Assembly (NCBI GenBank): GCA_003278445.1
Contig: QCFD01000003.1
Span: 1,228-65,227 of the forward strand
DNA: 64,000 bases
Direction: 5' to 3'
Source: Prochlorococcus sp. AG-363-B05
GTDB taxonomy: Bacteria > Cyanobacteriota > Cyanobacteriia > PCC-6307 > Cyanobiaceae
The position numbers and the translations under genes were made by a program. Shown piece after piece: positions 19,956-32,005 of the stretch. Under the pieces are notes generated by a model, which was not told the origin of the DNA, did not search any database, and was given only the letters and a program-made list of their open reading frames with translations. Each line of letters begins with the position of its first letter. Position 1 is the stretch's first letter.

Positions 19956-20156
19956 ATGGCAAATGAAGTTCTTGCAAAAATTGATCGACAAAACATTATT
20001 TTTGATGTCGTCGACGGAATCCCTCCCACAGGAGATGAATCTGATGAAATCAGATCCTTCCGTTCTAAAATAGAATCTGATGATTTGATTCTTGAGTATT
20101 CAGCTGAAGAGTTAGGTTTTAATAATGTGTTGTTTGAGTACCTTAGTCAGGGATAA
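19956..20156 (+). CDS. 66 aa acidic hypothetical protein
   Basis: MANEVLAKIDRQNIIFDVVDGIPP...; the track's upstream extension to 19845 looks spurious. Confidence 0.7.
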   Translation: MANEVLAKIDRQNIIFDVVDGIPPTGDESDEIRSFRSKIESDDLILEYSAEELGFNNVLFEYLSQG

Positions 20157-20177
20157 ATTTTTTTTATAACTGGAATT

Positions 20178-20579
20178 TTAATCTAGGCCTTGGAATAATT
20201 CTTTGTGTACAGCAAATGTATGGTATAGACAAGTTCCATTCTCTGGTGACAACCTTTCTCCGTCTTTATTCCATGCCAACGAACAGACAAGTTCTCCATC
20301 CCATTTTACATTGTGCTCATTAATTTCTTTTGACCAGTTTCTGACACAATTAAAGTGCTCAGGCATATATTTACCGATCTTTCTACAAATTTCACATAAT
20401 ACTGATAAAATGGGTGGCTTCGACTCTAATTTCAGATCCTTAGTTAGTGACGGCTGTGTGAATACTCCTACATATCTAATATGATCGATAATCCTTTGCT
20501 CTTTATCATTTAGCTTAGCTTTTTTACAGGCTTCTTCAAATTCATTTACGGGTGTTATTGGACGCAAGTTAGAAATCAC
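20178..20579 (-). CDS. conserved hypothetical protein
   Basis: 133 aa with coding-like composition; the N-half has a winged-HTH-like spacing. Confidence 0.8.
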   Translation of the reverse strand: MISNLRPITPVNEFEEACKKAKLNDKEQRIIDHIRYVGVFTQPSLTKDLKLESKPPILSVLCEICRKIGKYMPEHFNCVRNWSKEINEHNVKWDGELVCSLAWNKDGERLSPENGTCLYHTFAVHKELFQGLD

Positions 20580-20881
20580 ATAGACACTTATAAATTCTCA
20601 TATATTAACAAGTTTTATCAATTTTCTTAATATTATCTTTGAAAGTCATAAGTGATTAAATTATATTTATTAATTATTTGTTTTTTATTAGAACTAATAA
20701 ATCTTCTCGACTAGCTAAAGTTGTCCACCTTTTATGATTCTTAATTCACTGAGATCGCTTCATGATTCTCATTCTAAACCTAGTCATAGCTTGCTTGAGC
20801 TAAGGTTAAATGTTACAAAGTCAAATATCAATGGTCATATTCCCTGATGACTGGTATTTATATTGGGTCTTACTAAAGAAC

Positions 20882-21031
20882 ATGCTTCCTTTAACATTCG
20901 CTGGACTACTAAGTACACCAGCTCCTACTGCACCAATCATAGGTATCGCGTTTATGGCGCTATTTGGAATTATGGCTGTCGTGGTTGGCCCTAATTACGA
21001 TGGTTTTAATGATCCAAATACATCTAAATAA
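20882..21031 (+). CDS. 49 aa single-TM microprotein, tandem copy 1
   Basis: MLPLTFAGLLSTPAPTAPIIGIAFMALFGIMAVVVGPNYDGFNDPNTSK; start fixed by its paralog at 21325. Confidence 0.85.
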   Translation: MLPLTFAGLLSTPAPTAPIIGIAFMALFGIMAVVVGPNYDGFNDPNTSK

Positions 21032-21052
21032 TTAGATTATCAAGATTACCTT

Positions 21053-21093
21053 AAGTGGGTTGATATGTTTTGCATGTTAGCCCACTTTTTTTT
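21053..21093 (+). terminator. rho-independent terminator
   Basis: 15 bp stem AAGTGGGTTGATATG / CATGTTAGCCCACTT (with G-U pairs) followed by a T run. Confidence 0.85.
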
Positions 21094-21324
21094 ACGTTTA
21101 AAAAAATTGACTTTTAAAGATATTAGTCCTTAATGATTTATCTGTTCAAATATTATGTGTTCTATTAATAAAAGAAAATGTATAGAATACTTTAATGGGG
21201 TTAAACAATAGTTTCTTATTGGTGTATCAAAAGGTCTATTTTAAATTTTTTAATTCAAAAACAGTTACTAATTTATTAATTTATTCTCTTTTCTGCTATT
21301 TATAACTAGCTTTATTTATTATTC

Positions 21325-21474
21325 ATGGGCAATTTATTATTTGCTGGTATTACTAGTACTCCAGCTCCAACAGCAGTTCTAGTAGGAGTAGCATCAATTG
21401 CATTATTTGCAATTGTCGGATTAATGGTTGGTCCTGACTACGATGGTATGAATGCTCCAGAGGTGAAAAAATAA
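21325..21474 (+). CDS. 49 aa single-TM microprotein, tandem copy 2 (not in ORF track)
   Basis: MGNLLFAGITSTPAPTAVLVGVASIALFAIVGLMVGPDYDGMNAPEVKK. Confidence 0.85.
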   Translation: MGNLLFAGITSTPAPTAVLVGVASIALFAIVGLMVGPDYDGMNAPEVKK

Positions 21475-21527
21475 ATAGAACAATTTATTTCAATTAATAT
21501 TATTAATAACCAAAAAAAATAGATTTA

Positions 21528-22154
21528 TCATTTTTTTTGGTTATTTTTATTATATAGATTTTGTAAATTAATGACTAATTTTTCATAAGAAATTTTGTCT
21601 TCTCGATCTAATGAAATTATCTTATTTTTTTCTATATATTCTTTAATATTTCTATAAAATAAATACCATGATTTAGAAAATTTTTTCTTTACTTCCTTAT
21701 TTTTTCTTCCTCTTTCTAATTGATCTCTTAATAATCTTCTTTTATAACAAATTTCTTTTCCTTCTTCGCATATAATATTTATAGTATCCTTGTAGTTTAA
21801 TTCTAATCTATGTGCAAATATTCCTTCTAATATTATGAATTGATTATTTGCTGTATAGTTAATATTTATTTTTGTATTTGATGAATATTTTCTCTTATAG
21901 TCATAGTTGTAAAATGTAATAAATTGATCTTTATTATGAATAGATCTAAGTATCTTCTTTATTGCATTTTTCTTGATACTTAAAGGCCTGTCATAAACAT
22001 CATATAGAAATATTGATAAAAATTTGATTAATATATTATCCCTATAAAAGGAATCTGTTTTTATTAATATGGAATCTTTAAATAATTTAGTTAATTTATT
22101 ACTAATAAAAGTCTTGCCAGAACCTGATGGACCTGTAATTATGATCGTTTGCAT
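21528..22154 (-). CDS. uridine kinase / phosphoribulokinase family P-loop protein
   Basis: GPSGSGKT, DSFY, IILEGIFA and RRLLRDQLERG motifs. Confidence 0.85.
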   Translation of the reverse strand: MQTIIITGPSGSGKTFISNKLTKLFKDSILIKTDSFYRDNILIKFLSIFLYDVYDRPLSIKKNAIKKILRSIHNKDQFITFYNYDYKRKYSSNTKININYTANNQFIILEGIFAHRLELNYKDTINIICEEGKEICYKRRLLRDQLERGRKNKEVKKKFSKSWYLFYRNIKEYIEKNKIISLDREDKISYEKLVINLQNLYNKNNQKK

Positions 22155-22214
22155 TCTGAACTATTTTACTTATTCTTAGATAGTCTAATTATAAATTGTT
22201 ATTATTAAAAAATA

Positions 22215-22355
22215 TTAGGTTATTTTATTGTAATTAAGTTCTTCTTTAGTCCAGTTTCTATTATTAAATCTGTTTTCAATAAATCTTATAATCAGAATTA
22301 TTACAGGAATATGCATCAGTCCACCAAGTACCACGGTGATTTGGTTGTAAGGCAT
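22215..22355 (-). CDS. 46 aa hydrophobic microprotein (not in ORF track)
   Basis: MPYNQITVVLGGLMHIPVIILIIRFIENRFNNRNWTKEELNYNKIT. Confidence 0.65.
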   Translation of the reverse strand: MPYNQITVVLGGLMHIPVIILIIRFIENRFNNRNWTKEELNYNKIT

Positions 22356-22453
22356 AATCTTTTAAATTGATAAATTCAATATACTTTATTACTCATTTGT
22401 TCTCTTAACATGTATCTTTTAGTCATATTGGTATTATGCTTTTTAGGTATAAA

Positions 22454-22681
22454 TTACATAATTTCTGATAGCTCCTTTTCAAAAAACCAATTAATTGCAC
22501 CATTGTTAAGTTTAACCACCAGGCCAAACTGATTTCCATCAACCATTTTGTATCCAACTAATTCTACAATAGGCTCCTTTCTAATTATTTCTAGAATATT
22601 TTGTGGTAAGCGATCTTTGACTTCGTTTATTTCAACTCTTAAAATTTGACCTTTTTTAAGTCTTGATGAATCATTTATCAT
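22454..22681 (-). CDS. petP: cytochrome b6f subunit PetP (DUF2862) family
   Basis: VKDRLP...VGYKMVDG...GLVVKL...WFFEKEL signature. Confidence 0.8.
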   Translation of the reverse strand: MINDSSRLKKGQILRVEINEVKDRLPQNILEIIRKEPIVELVGYKMVDGNQFGLVVKLNNGAINWFFEKELSEIM

Positions 22682-22720
22682 GTTAATACTTCCTAATAAT
22701 TCAAACTTAACAACAGTTAT

Positions 22721-23008
22721 TCATCCAATTATAGAAAGAGATAATTGATTTTCAATTCCACTGTATTTTATATATTCCTGAAACTCTAAGGAATTAAAGG
22801 CTTTCTGAGCTGCGGCTTTAGATTCAAATTCAACTATTACTCCTAATTGTCCGCCATCCCATTCGTTTAAATCTGAATTTTGATTTACATCTTTTGCAAT
22901 TATTGTTCCACCAACTGATCTAAGCCATGGAACCACAGTTTTAACGTATTCGATGAACTGTGCTGTGCTTTCAATTTTGGCTTGCTTAAGCCAATAACCT
23001 TTCTTCAT
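22721..23008 (-). CDS. DUF1330 domain protein
   Basis: KGYW...Y...GG...VIVEFESKAAAQKAFNSLEFQ. Confidence 0.85.
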   Translation of the reverse strand: MKKGYWLKQAKIESTAQFIEYVKTVVPWLRSVGGTIIAKDVNQNSDLNEWDGGQLGVIVEFESKAAAQKAFNSLEFQEYIKYSGIENQLSLSIIG

Positions 23009-23174
23009 CTCTTTATTTTTTCTTTAGATTCTCTCACGAGATTGCTTGGTTTTGCTTATAAACGAAAATTATTTAATGTTTTAGGCTAATCCTTGAAATT
23101 ATTGATTTTATTTATGTAACTAAATAATCAGCTTTTATATTCAAATTAATTTTTTTTAATATAACTCTAACTAA

Positions 23175-23402
23175 TTATTTTATTGGATTTATTGATTCAA
23201 GTTTTGATTTCAATTGAATGGCTAGGTGTTGACGACCAACAGCAAGTACTTTAATGGTGTCTTCGTGCATTCTTAATTGTGCATCAGCAACTTGCATTCC
23301 CTTAACTAGTTCTTGAACTTCTTTTGGTAGGCTTTTGAGATCGTATTTCTTATCCTCAAATGTAAGTATTGCCTCTTTTTCGTTTGAAGGGGTATTTGTC
23401 AT
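23175..23402 (-). CDS. conserved hypothetical protein (DUF6447-like)
   Basis: LTFEDKKYDLKSLP followed by a coiled coil. Confidence 0.75.
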   Translation of the reverse strand: MTNTPSNEKEAILTFEDKKYDLKSLPKEVQELVKGMQVADAQLRMHEDTIKVLAVGRQHLAIQLKSKLESINPIK

Positions 23403-23447
23403 TAATCTACTATTTAATTCTTATCAAATATAGCATCAAATATATTT

Positions 23448-25184
23448 TCAATAACTCTCAATCAACTGTTTATCGCAAAAATCTTTATACCTACCTTTTT
23501 TCTTGATTAAATCATTATGTTTTCCTACTTCGCACACTCTTCCTCTTTCAATCACGGCTATTTTATCTGCTTTTTGGATTGTTGATAATCTATGAGCGAT
23601 TACAAGTACTGTTCTATTTCTCATTGCTTGTTGAAGCCCTTTTTGAACAGATTCCTCAGCTTCTGCGTCTAAAGCACTTGTAGCTTCATCTAGTAATAAA
23701 ATTGTTGGATCCCCTAGTAAAGCCCTTGCTATGGATATTCTTTGTATTTGACCTCCTGAAAGATTGCTACCTCTTTCCTCTATGTATGTTTCGTATCCAT
23801 CAGGAAACTTTTCAATAAAATCATGGGCGTTAGCAATTTTTGCTGCGTTAATAATATTTTCTCTTGTAGTTTGTCTTCCAAATCTTATTGCTTCTGCTAT
23901 GGTCCCTGAAAATATAAATGTTTTTTGTGGAACTATAGCTATCAATCTTCTTAAGTAGTCAGTATTAATTTCATCTAATTTATAGTTATCAATAAAAATT
24001 GATCCCCTACTTGGTTCGATAAATTTTAATATTAATGAAAAGATTGTACTTTTTCCTGCTCCTGATGGACCAACTAAAGCCATTATTTTACCACTGTCTA
24101 TTTCTAAATTTATATTGTTTATGACTTCATTATCATCATTATATGAAAAGAATAAATTCCTTAATGATAATCTTCCATCTATTTTGTTAGGAATAAGTCC
24201 TCTATCTGAGTTCGAAATTTCTAATGGGTTAGTTGTTATTTCATTTAATCTTCTTAGTGAAGCTTGTCCTTGTTTTAATTCGTTATAGTTAGTAGTAATA
24301 TGACTTATTGGATCAATTAACATTAATAATGCTGTAAAATAACTACCAAATTCTTCGTTAGACATTCCTCCTGTTTGTATTCTATAAGTTCCAATTGTAA
24401 GGATACTTAAAATACCAATTATTTCTATTAATCCGACTATTGGATGTTGAAGGGCTACAAGCTTAAGCATTTTATATTTAGCCTGTTTGTGTAATTTAAC
24501 TTGTTTATCAAAATCATTTTGCAACCAGTGTTCCACTCCAAATGCTTTAACCATTGGTAGACCTTGAATTGCCTCTGATAGTAATCCCGCTAATGAGCTG
24601 ATTTTGTTTTGACTTAGTTCAGATGCTTTTAATACTCTTCCTCCAAAATCACTTACTAATAATGCAATTAATGGAGCTAATATAATTGTTGCAAGTGATA
24701 GATTCCAATCAATAAATATCATATAACCAAATACTGCTAACAACTGAAATATCGATGGTGTCGTATCTTGAATTGTTTTATAAATAACTTCCCCAACTCG
24801 ATCGACATCCTCTGTGAGTCTGTATGCAATATCTCCTGATGAAAGTTTTTCTATAAAAAGAATATTGGTTTTCTGAAGTTTTCTAAATAGTATTGTTCGA
24901 AGATCTTGACTTAACGATAATGCTGGTTTAGCTAGAAGGCTGTCTTGTAAATATTGTGCTGTCTTTTGAATAATAAAAATAATTAGGGCTTGTAAAATTA
25001 CACTTAAAACTTGTTTTGTATTTCCTTGACCAATCGCCGGTATCAACTTTCCAGATAACCATGCGAGTATTGGCCAACAAATTACGTATATAAGCATGCT
25101 TAGTCCACCCAGAAGCAATATTGGCAAATGTCCCTTGAGTCGGCCTATCAGGTAAATAAAATTTATTTTGTTTTTTTGTTTCAT
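23448..25184 (-). CDS. ABC exporter, fused permease/ATPase (MsbA-like)
   Basis: TM domain, Walker A GPSGAGKS, LSGGQ and Walker B LLLDEATSALD. Confidence 0.95.
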   Translation of the reverse strand: MKQKNKINFIYLIGRLKGHLPILLLGGLSMLIYVICWPILAWLSGKLIPAIGQGNTKQVLSVILQALIIFIIQKTAQYLQDSLLAKPALSLSQDLRTILFRKLQKTNILFIEKLSSGDIAYRLTEDVDRVGEVIYKTIQDTTPSIFQLLAVFGYMIFIDWNLSLATIILAPLIALLVSDFGGRVLKASELSQNKISSLAGLLSEAIQGLPMVKAFGVEHWLQNDFDKQVKLHKQAKYKMLKLVALQHPIVGLIEIIGILSILTIGTYRIQTGGMSNEEFGSYFTALLMLIDPISHITTNYNELKQGQASLRRLNEITTNPLEISNSDRGLIPNKIDGRLSLRNLFFSYNDDNEVINNINLEIDSGKIMALVGPSGAGKSTIFSLILKFIEPSRGSIFIDNYKLDEINTDYLRRLIAIVPQKTFIFSGTIAEAIRFGRQTTRENIINAAKIANAHDFIEKFPDGYETYIEERGSNLSGGQIQRISIARALLGDPTILLLDEATSALDAEAEESVQKGLQQAMRNRTVLVIAHRLSTIQKADKIAVIERGRVCEVGKHNDLIKKKGRYKDFCDKQLIESY

Positions 25185-25222
25185 TCCATCAAAATATCAA
25201 TGTTTAATTTAGAAGCACGTTA

Positions 25223-25441
25223 ATGAAATTAGATCAATTTATAAAATTTGTTGGGATCGTTAAGACTGGAGGAGAGGCAAAAATGATTATTAGATCAGGA
25301 AGAATATCTGTAAATGGCATTGTAGAGAATAGAAGAGGTCGAAAATTAATTGATGGAGATCAAGTTATTTATGCTAATGAAACATACATTGTTCCAAATT
25401 CTGATCCTCTAGGCCGTAAGTTGGCAATAAGTGAAAAATGA
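25223..25441 (+). CDS. S4-domain RNA-binding protein (YaaA/YbcJ-like)
   Basis: KLDQFIK...TGGEAK...VNG...RRGRKL. Confidence 0.9.
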   Translation: MKLDQFIKFVGIVKTGGEAKMIIRSGRISVNGIVENRRGRKLIDGDQVIYANETYIVPNSDPLGRKLAISEK

Positions 25442-25450
25442 GGATCTAGC

Positions 25451-26191
25451 GTGCGTAAACCCGTCATCGCAGGGAATTGGAAGATGAACATGACATGTAG
25501 CGAAGCAATTGAGTACATGCGTGTATTAATCCCCTTATTGAAAGATATACCTAATAAGGATAGGGAGGTTATAATTGCACCTCCATTTACGGCGCTATAC
25601 CCTCTGTCTGAGCTTGTTAAAGATACAAGCGAATATCTTTCTTTATCTAGTCAAAATGTTCACTGGGAGGACAGTGGAGCCTATACAGCGGAGGTTTCTC
25701 CTCTAATGCTTAATGAACTTTCTGTTAAATGTGCAATTGTTGGACATAGTGAGCCTCGAAAATATTTTAGTGAAAGTGATGAACAGATAAATAAGAGAGC
25801 TCAATCTGCACAAGATCATAAATTAATTCCAATTGTTTGCGTTGGAGAAACTTTTCAACAAAGAGAGCTTGGTGAAGCTGAACGGGTTATTCGAAGACAA
25901 ATTGATCAAGGACTTGAAGGAATAGATGTTAAAAAGTTGATAGTAGCTTATGAGCCAATATGGGCTATTGGAACAGGCAAAACGTGTGAATCACATGAAG
26001 CCAATAGAATATGCGGACTCATTCGTAAATGGATCGGTTACGAGGATGTAATTATTCAATATGGCGGGTCAGTCAAATCAAATAATATTGATGAGATTAT
26101 GTCTATGTCAGATATTGATGGTGTATTGGTTGGTGGTGCCTCTCTAGATCCTACAAATTTTGCGAGAATTGCTAATTACGAAACAAACTAA
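25451..26191 (+). CDS. tpiA: triosephosphate isomerase
   Basis: [26 protein letters not shown] and LVGGASL motifs. Confidence 0.98.
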   Translation: MRKPVIAGNWKMNMTCSEAIEYMRVLIPLLKDIPNKDREVIIAPPFTALYPLSELVKDTSEYLSLSSQNVHWEDSGAYTAEVSPLMLNELSVKCAIVGHSEPRKYFSESDEQINKRAQSAQDHKLIPIVCVGETFQQRELGEAERVIRRQIDQGLEGIDVKKLIVAYEPIWAIGTGKTCESHEANRICGLIRKWIGYEDVIIQYGGSVKSNNIDEIMSMSDIDGVLVGGASLDPTNFARIANYETN

Positions 26192-27011
26192 TAAATTCGT
26201 GCAAAAAAAATGGGAAAGAGAAACCTATTTGATGGCAATATTAAATATCACTGAAGACTCATTTAGTGACGGAGGACTTTATATTGATTTATCCTCTGCC
26301 ATTAATCATGCATCTTTATGTATTAAACAAGGAGCTCATGTTTTAGATATTGGAGCACAGAGCACACGTCCAGGAGCATCTGAGGTTGGCGCAGAAATTG
26401 AGATTAAAAGGTTGGTTCCTTTAATAAAAGAATTAAAATTAATATATCCTAAGATTCCAATTTCTGTAGATACCTTTCATCATTCTGTCGCTGAGAAAGT
26501 ATTAAATGTTGGTGCTGATTGGATTAATGATGTAAGTGGTGGCCGACATGATAATGCAATATTTAATGTTATTGCTGATAAAGGTTGTACTTATGTTTTG
26601 ACTCATAGTCGTGGAAACAGTAAGACAATGGATTCTTTAGCTAAATATACTAATGTTGTAAATGAAGTAAAATATGAATTATCCAAGCAAATTGATTTAG
26701 CTCTATCTAAAGGTATTAAAAATGAACAAATTATTATTGATCCTGGACTAGGCTTCGCAAAAAATGTCGATCAAAACCTAACTTTGCTAAGAAACTTAGA
26801 AGAATTTGTTTCTATGAAATATCAGGTATTAATAGGAGCTTCTAGAAAAAGATTTATTGGTTCTGTTATTAAGGAATCTGAACCTACCAAACGAATATTT
26901 GGATTAGCTGCAGTAGCTTCGCGATGCGTTACTGCTGGAGTCGATTTTCTAAGAGTCCATGATGTTAAAGAAATTTCTCAGGTTATAAATATGACTAAGT
27001 CTATTATTTAA
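26160..27011 (+). CDS. folP: dihydropteroate synthase
   Basis: [31 protein letters not shown] and RVHDV motifs. Confidence 0.97.
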   Translation: MRELLITKQTNKFVQKKWERETYLMAILNITEDSFSDGGLYIDLSSAINHASLCIKQGAHVLDIGAQSTRPGASEVGAEIEIKRLVPLIKELKLIYPKIPISVDTFHHSVAEKVLNVGADWINDVSGGRHDNAIFNVIADKGCTYVLTHSRGNSKTMDSLAKYTNVVNEVKYELSKQIDLALSKGIKNEQIIIDPGLGFAKNVDQNLTLLRNLEEFVSMKYQVLIGASRKRFIGSVIKESEPTKRIFGLAAVASRCVTAGVDFLRVHDVKEISQVINMTKSII

Positions 27012-27012
27012 T

Positions 27013-30000
27013 TTATAACTGATCTTCTGTCGTTACGCCTTCGATTCTATCTTCTACTTCTTGATAAAGTTCTTTTAATTGTTCAATATTTTCATCAGAG
27101 GTGTCCCAATATCCTCTCCCATTAACTTCTAATAATGTACCAACTATTCTTCTAAAACTATGAGGATTCAATTCCATTAGTCTTTTCCTCATCTCTGGAT
27201 CATTTATAAAAGTTTCATTTGATTCTTCATATACAAAATTATCAACTTGTCCACTAGTAGCACTCCATCCTAAAGTGTAATTAAGTCTATTAGAAACCTC
27301 TCTAACTCCCTCATATCCTGACTTCAGCATTCCCTCATACCATTTTGGATTAAGTAATTTTGTTCTTGAATCTAATCTAATAGTTTCACTTAGTGATCTG
27401 ACCTGTGCATTTGCTGTGGTTGTGTCAGCTATGTAACTACTTGGTGCTTTACCATCATCTCTTAGATTTTTAATTAAATTAGTCGGATCAGAATCAAAAT
27501 AATGACTTACATCTGTTAAAGATATTTCTGAAGAATCAAGGTTTTGGAATGTAACGTCAGCAGTTTTCATGACTGATTCAAATACATCTCTGTTCTGATT
27601 CATTTCCCCAGGATTATCAGCATTGAATGCATATGTTTTCCTTGAAAGGTACATTTCTTGTAATTCATTTTCTTCTTCCCATGTTGAATTTTCTACTGCT
27701 AAATTGACATTCGAGCTATAACTACCACTTGCATTTGAGAAAACTCTGCTTGCAGACTCCCTAATACTTTTCCCTTCCTTTTCTGCTTGTTCGAGTGCAT
27801 GTTTTCTTACAAAATTTTGATCAAGTGGCTCATCAGCCTCTGCAGCCATTTTTACTGCTTGGTCAATTAATGCCATTTGATTAATAAACAAATCCCTAAA
27901 TACACCAGAACAGTTCACGACTACATCAATTCTTGGTCTTCCTAATTCCTCAAGAGAAAGTAGTTCTAATTTATTTACTCTTCCTACAGAGTCTGGCTTA
28001 GGTTTTACACCTACAAACCAAAGAATTTGAGCTAATGATTCTCCATAGGTTTTAATGTTGTCAGTACCCCAAAGTACGCAAGCAATAGTCTCAGGACATT
28101 TACCTTGTTCTTCTTTTTGTCTTTCAATAAGCTTGTCAACTACACCTTTAGCTGAAGCAACCGCTGCTACGGTTGGTATCGATTGGGGATCTAATGCATG
28201 GATATTTTTACCACTTGGTAATACCCCAGGATTCCTTATCGGATCTCCACCCGGGCCAGGTATAACATAATCTCCGTCAAGAGCTTTTAAAAGGCTCTCC
28301 ATTTCTTTATCTGCACATATTTGCTCTAAACAAAATCTCAAATAGTCAAACAATTTATCTAATGAGTTTGAATTTACATTTTCGAAACCTGCATTCTTAG
28401 CTGATGCTTGCCATGGTGTTGGGATTGAAAAACCAATACCTCTTAAGAACTCAACAATTATGGTCCAAATAGTTTTCTTCATATTTACTCTCCCATCTCT
28501 TCCTGTTAATGACTTAACCATTGACCCAACTGCTTCTCTTGATGTTTCTGTAATTAATTTATTGAGTTCAACATCTTCTAATTTGCCTTTGTTATTACCT
28601 TCATAGACTTCCTCAATTGTTTTACCTTTCGATTCAGCTAATAAACCTGGTAGAGACCTGATTCCATCGTCCTCTCTTTCTATGGATGCGATACTTACTA
28701 AAGTTGCAATAGCCTCTTCAGCAGTGGCTGGTTTTCCAATTGTATGTAAGCCGCAAGGTAATAATCGACTTTCTATTTCCATTAATTGTTTATAAACATT
28801 TCCTACAACCAAATCTCTTTCATCTATTCCTAATTCCGAAGCATCTTTTTCTGGTAGTTTTACATCTTCATCAAGATTACATTTTTTTGATGTTTCAACT
28901 ATTGCATTAACAATTTGAATTCCTCTTCCACTTTCTCGTAATTGTTGATAAGAGCCAACTAACTCTCCAAGTTCTTTTAAACCTTTATATAGACCAGCAT
29001 TTTCAGCGGGTGGGGTTAAATAACTAATTGTTGATGCGTATCCTCTTCTTTTTGCGATAGTTGCTTCCGATGGATTATTTGCTGCGTAGTAATAAAGATT
29101 AGGAAGACCACCAATTAATGAATCGGGATAACAAGTCTCACTCATCCCCATTTGTTTCCCAGGCATAAATTCAAGTGATCCGTGGGTTCCAAAATGCAGA
29201 ACTGCGTCAGCTTTCCAAACTTTTTCTAGATAAGTGTAATAAGCGGCAAAACCATGATGTGGACTTGCACTTCTCGAATAAAGCAATCTCATAGGATCGC
29301 CTTCATATCCAAAAGTAGGTTGAACTCCAACAAATACATTCCCAAATTCTTTTCCATAGATCAGAAGATTTTGACCATCACTATTTAAATTTCCTGGTGG
29401 TTTTCCCCAGTTTTCTTCTAGCCTCTCAGAATATGGAGTTAACTTTTCATATTCTTTTACACTCATTCGATGAGCTATAGAAAGCTCAGGTGAACCTTGT
29501 AAAGCTTCAGGATCATTGATTAATGACTCCATAAGTTCTTTTGGATTCCTAGGCATGTCCTTTATGTCATAACCTTTTTCCTTCATTTCTTCTAAAACTC
29601 TATAAATAGAGCCAAAGACGTCTAAGTAAGCTGCTGTTCCAACATTACCTTTATCAGGAGGAAAACTAAATACAGTGATAGCTAATTTCTTTTGGTCACG
29701 TTTTTTTATTCTTAGTGATGACCATCTGATAGCTCTTTCCGCTATTGCATCAACGCGATCTTGTAGTGTATGTGCTTTACCAGTTGCATCATCTCTACCT
29801 GATAAAACAATGGGTTCAATAGCACCATCTAATTCAGGAATGGCAATTTGTAGAGCAACTTGAACTGGATGAAGACCTAGATCACTACCTTCCCATTCTT
29901 GTGTCGTTTGGAAAACGAGTGGGAGAGCAACCATGTAAGGTCGATTAAGTTTCCTTAAAGACTCGACTGCTTTTGGGTGATCTTGCCTTGCAGGACCTCC

Positions 30001-31032
30001 TACAAGTGCAAATCCTGTAAGAGAGACAACACCATCTACAATTGGTTTTTCAGGTTTGATTGGATCGTAATAAAATTCGTTTACCGGCCTAGAAAAATCT
30101 AATCCACCACAAAAAATAGGTATGACTGTTGCGCCCCTATATTCAAGTTCTTGAATTACTGCAACATAGTGCGCGTCATCTCCTGTAACAATGTGACTTC
30201 TTTGTAGTACAAGACCAATTACTGGACCTTCTTTAGCCTTACTTGATAGATCATCTCTCGATGCCGTCCAATTAAGATATTCTTTTTTATCTTCAAACAT
30301 ATTTGGCGCTAAAGGGTGCCAAATTCCTAAATCTGGGAAAACTTCAGGCTCTGCAACTTCAATTTTTTCTTCTTCTAAATTTAGTTCTGGAAATACATAT
30401 TTGTCTCCAAGCATTAGTAGGAAGTTTCTCAGATTATCTGGAGTACCTCCTAACCAATATTGAAAACTAAGCATAAAACTTCGAGCATCTTGAGCCTTAT
30501 CTACCGGCAGATACTTAAGAATTGATGGAAGTGTATTTAGAAGCTTCAACATTGAATCTTGAAAACCTGCCCCGCCCGCTTCTTTCCTCTTCTTCATGAA
30601 ATCGCCAATGATGCTTTTACTTTGGCCAAGCTGGGCCATAGAAAAAGTTCCCAATTTATTCAATCTCATCACCTCTGGCATTGATGGAAATACAACAGCC
30701 GCTTTAAGATTGTCCTTGTGAGGTTCAACTGCTTCAACAACTTTTTGCGCTAAATCTTCAATGAAAATCAATGAAGCTATAAATAAATCAGCATTTTCTA
30801 CATCTTTTTTAAAGCATTCATAATTAGCCGTATCTCTAAGTTCTTCAATTAAATATCCATTAAGTTCAATTCCAATTGGACCATTTTGTGAATTTAATGA
30901 GTTTGCAGCCTGTGTAAGAGCATTTTGATATTGTGGCTCAAGAACCACATAAACAGCCTTCATCACTGCTTTATGGCTGTGATTTTCGACAGGTGAAACT
31001 CTGCGATTGGCTGAGCGAACCTGTGTAAACAT
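27013..31032 (-). CDS. chlH: magnesium chelatase subunit H
   Basis: 1339 aa CobN/ChlH family; [22 protein letters not shown] and [12 protein letters not shown] motifs. Confidence 0.98.
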   Translation of the reverse strand: MFTQVRSANRRVSPVENHSHKAVMKAVYVVLEPQYQNALTQAANSLNSQNGPIGIELNGYLIEELRDTANYECFKKDVENADLFIASLIFIEDLAQKVVEAVEPHKDNLKAAVVFPSMPEVMRLNKLGTFSMAQLGQSKSIIGDFMKKRKEAGGAGFQDSMLKLLNTLPSILKYLPVDKAQDARSFMLSFQYWLGGTPDNLRNFLLMLGDKYVFPELNLEEEKIEVAEPEVFPDLGIWHPLAPNMFEDKKEYLNWTASRDDLSSKAKEGPVIGLVLQRSHIVTGDDAHYVAVIQELEYRGATVIPIFCGGLDFSRPVNEFYYDPIKPEKPIVDGVVSLTGFALVGGPARQDHPKAVESLRKLNRPYMVALPLVFQTTQEWEGSDLGLHPVQVALQIAIPELDGAIEPIVLSGRDDATGKAHTLQDRVDAIAERAIRWSSLRIKKRDQKKLAITVFSFPPDKGNVGTAAYLDVFGSIYRVLEEMKEKGYDIKDMPRNPKELMESLINDPEALQGSPELSIAHRMSVKEYEKLTPYSERLEENWGKPPGNLNSDGQNLLIYGKEFGNVFVGVQPTFGYEGDPMRLLYSRSASPHHGFAAYYTYLEKVWKADAVLHFGTHGSLEFMPGKQMGMSETCYPDSLIGGLPNLYYYAANNPSEATIAKRRGYASTISYLTPPAENAGLYKGLKELGELVGSYQQLRESGRGIQIVNAIVETSKKCNLDEDVKLPEKDASELGIDERDLVVGNVYKQLMEIESRLLPCGLHTIGKPATAEEAIATLVSIASIEREDDGIRSLPGLLAESKGKTIEEVYEGNNKGKLEDVELNKLITETSREAVGSMVKSLTGRDGRVNMKKTIWTIIVEFLRGIGFSIPTPWQASAKNAGFENVNSNSLDKLFDYLRFCLEQICADKEMESLLKALDGDYVIPGPGGDPIRNPGVLPSGKNIHALDPQSIPTVAAVASAKGVVDKLIERQKEEQGKCPETIACVLWGTDNIKTYGESLAQILWFVGVKPKPDSVGRVNKLELLSLEELGRPRIDVVVNCSGVFRDLFINQMALIDQAVKMAAEADEPLDQNFVRKHALEQAEKEGKSIRESASRVFSNASGSYSSNVNLAVENSTWEEENELQEMYLSRKTYAFNADNPGEMNQNRDVFESVMKTADVTFQNLDSSEISLTDVSHYFDSDPTNLIKNLRDDGKAPSSYIADTTTANAQVRSLSETIRLDSRTKLLNPKWYEGMLKSGYEGVREVSNRLNYTLGWSATSGQVDNFVYEESNETFINDPEMRKRLMELNPHSFRRIVGTLLEVNGRGYWDTSDENIEQLKELYQEVEDRIEGVTTEDQL

Positions 31033-31097
31033 CTTTTCATCTATCGGAATTCGACCAAGCCTAGTGTTCAGTGTGCCTTTAGTGTGGTATTTAGTTA

Positions 31098-31994
31098 ATG
31101 CGTGTTACATGGGATATCAAATATGATTGTAAAAAAAGAAATTCAATGAGTTCTACTAATCAATCAATACCAGTTTTAGTCGCAGGAGCTTTAGGTCGAA
31201 TGGGATCTGAGGTTATTAAAGCAATTAATTCCTCCAAAGATTATCAACTTATTGGTGCAATTGATAATCAGACGGATAAGGAAGGTCAAGACATAGGATC
31301 ATTATTAGGTTTAGGGCCACTAAAAGTATTCCTTTCAAGCGATTTTGAAGGTTCTTTGTGTGCTGCAAGTCAGAACGTCCCTAAAAATGGATCAAATAAT
31401 GGTGCTGTTCTAGTTGATTTCACTCATCCTAATGTTGCTTATAAACATACACGTACATCAATTGCCTATGGAGTTCATCCTGTAATTGGTACAACGGGAA
31501 TAACAAAAGATCAATTAGAAGATCTTTCTAAATTTGCAGAAAAGGCTTCTCTTGGTTCAGCTATTATTCCAAACTTTTCTGTAGGAATGGTTTTACTGCA
31601 ACAAGCAGCTGCAGCGGCTGCACGTTTTTATGAGTTTGCTGAATTGACAGAAATGCATCACAACAAAAAAGCTGATGCCCCAAGTGGCACATGTATTAAA
31701 ACTGCTGAATTGATAGAGGAGCAACGCTCATTTTTTAATAAAACATCAATAAACGAAGAAGTGTCTATAGAGGGCTCTCGAGGCGGTACGCGTAAAAGTG
31801 GTTTGAGACTTCATTCAATAAGATTGCCTGGTCTAGTGGCTCATCAACAAGTTATGTTTGGTTCAAATGGTGAAACCTATGAGTTATCTCATAACACTAT
31901 TGATCGTTCCGCTTATATGCCTGGGGTCCTTTTAGTGGTAAAAAAAATTAGATTATTCAATCAATTAGTATATGGTTTAGAAAAAATATTATAA
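31098..31994 (+). CDS. dapB: 4-hydroxy-tetrahydrodipicolinate reductase (likely start 31146)
   Basis: GALGRMG, VDFT, GTTG and [14 protein letters not shown] motifs. Confidence 0.97.
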   Translation: MRVTWDIKYDCKKRNSMSSTNQSIPVLVAGALGRMGSEVIKAINSSKDYQLIGAIDNQTDKEGQDIGSLLGLGPLKVFLSSDFEGSLCAASQNVPKNGSNNGAVLVDFTHPNVAYKHTRTSIAYGVHPVIGTTGITKDQLEDLSKFAEKASLGSAIIPNFSVGMVLLQQAAAAAARFYEFAELTEMHHNKKADAPSGTCIKTAELIEEQRSFFNKTSINEEVSIEGSRGGTRKSGLRLHSIRLPGLVAHQQVMFGSNGETYELSHNTIDRSAYMPGVLLVVKKIRLFNQLVYGLEKIL

Positions 31995-32005
31995 GTAAAA
32001 TATAT

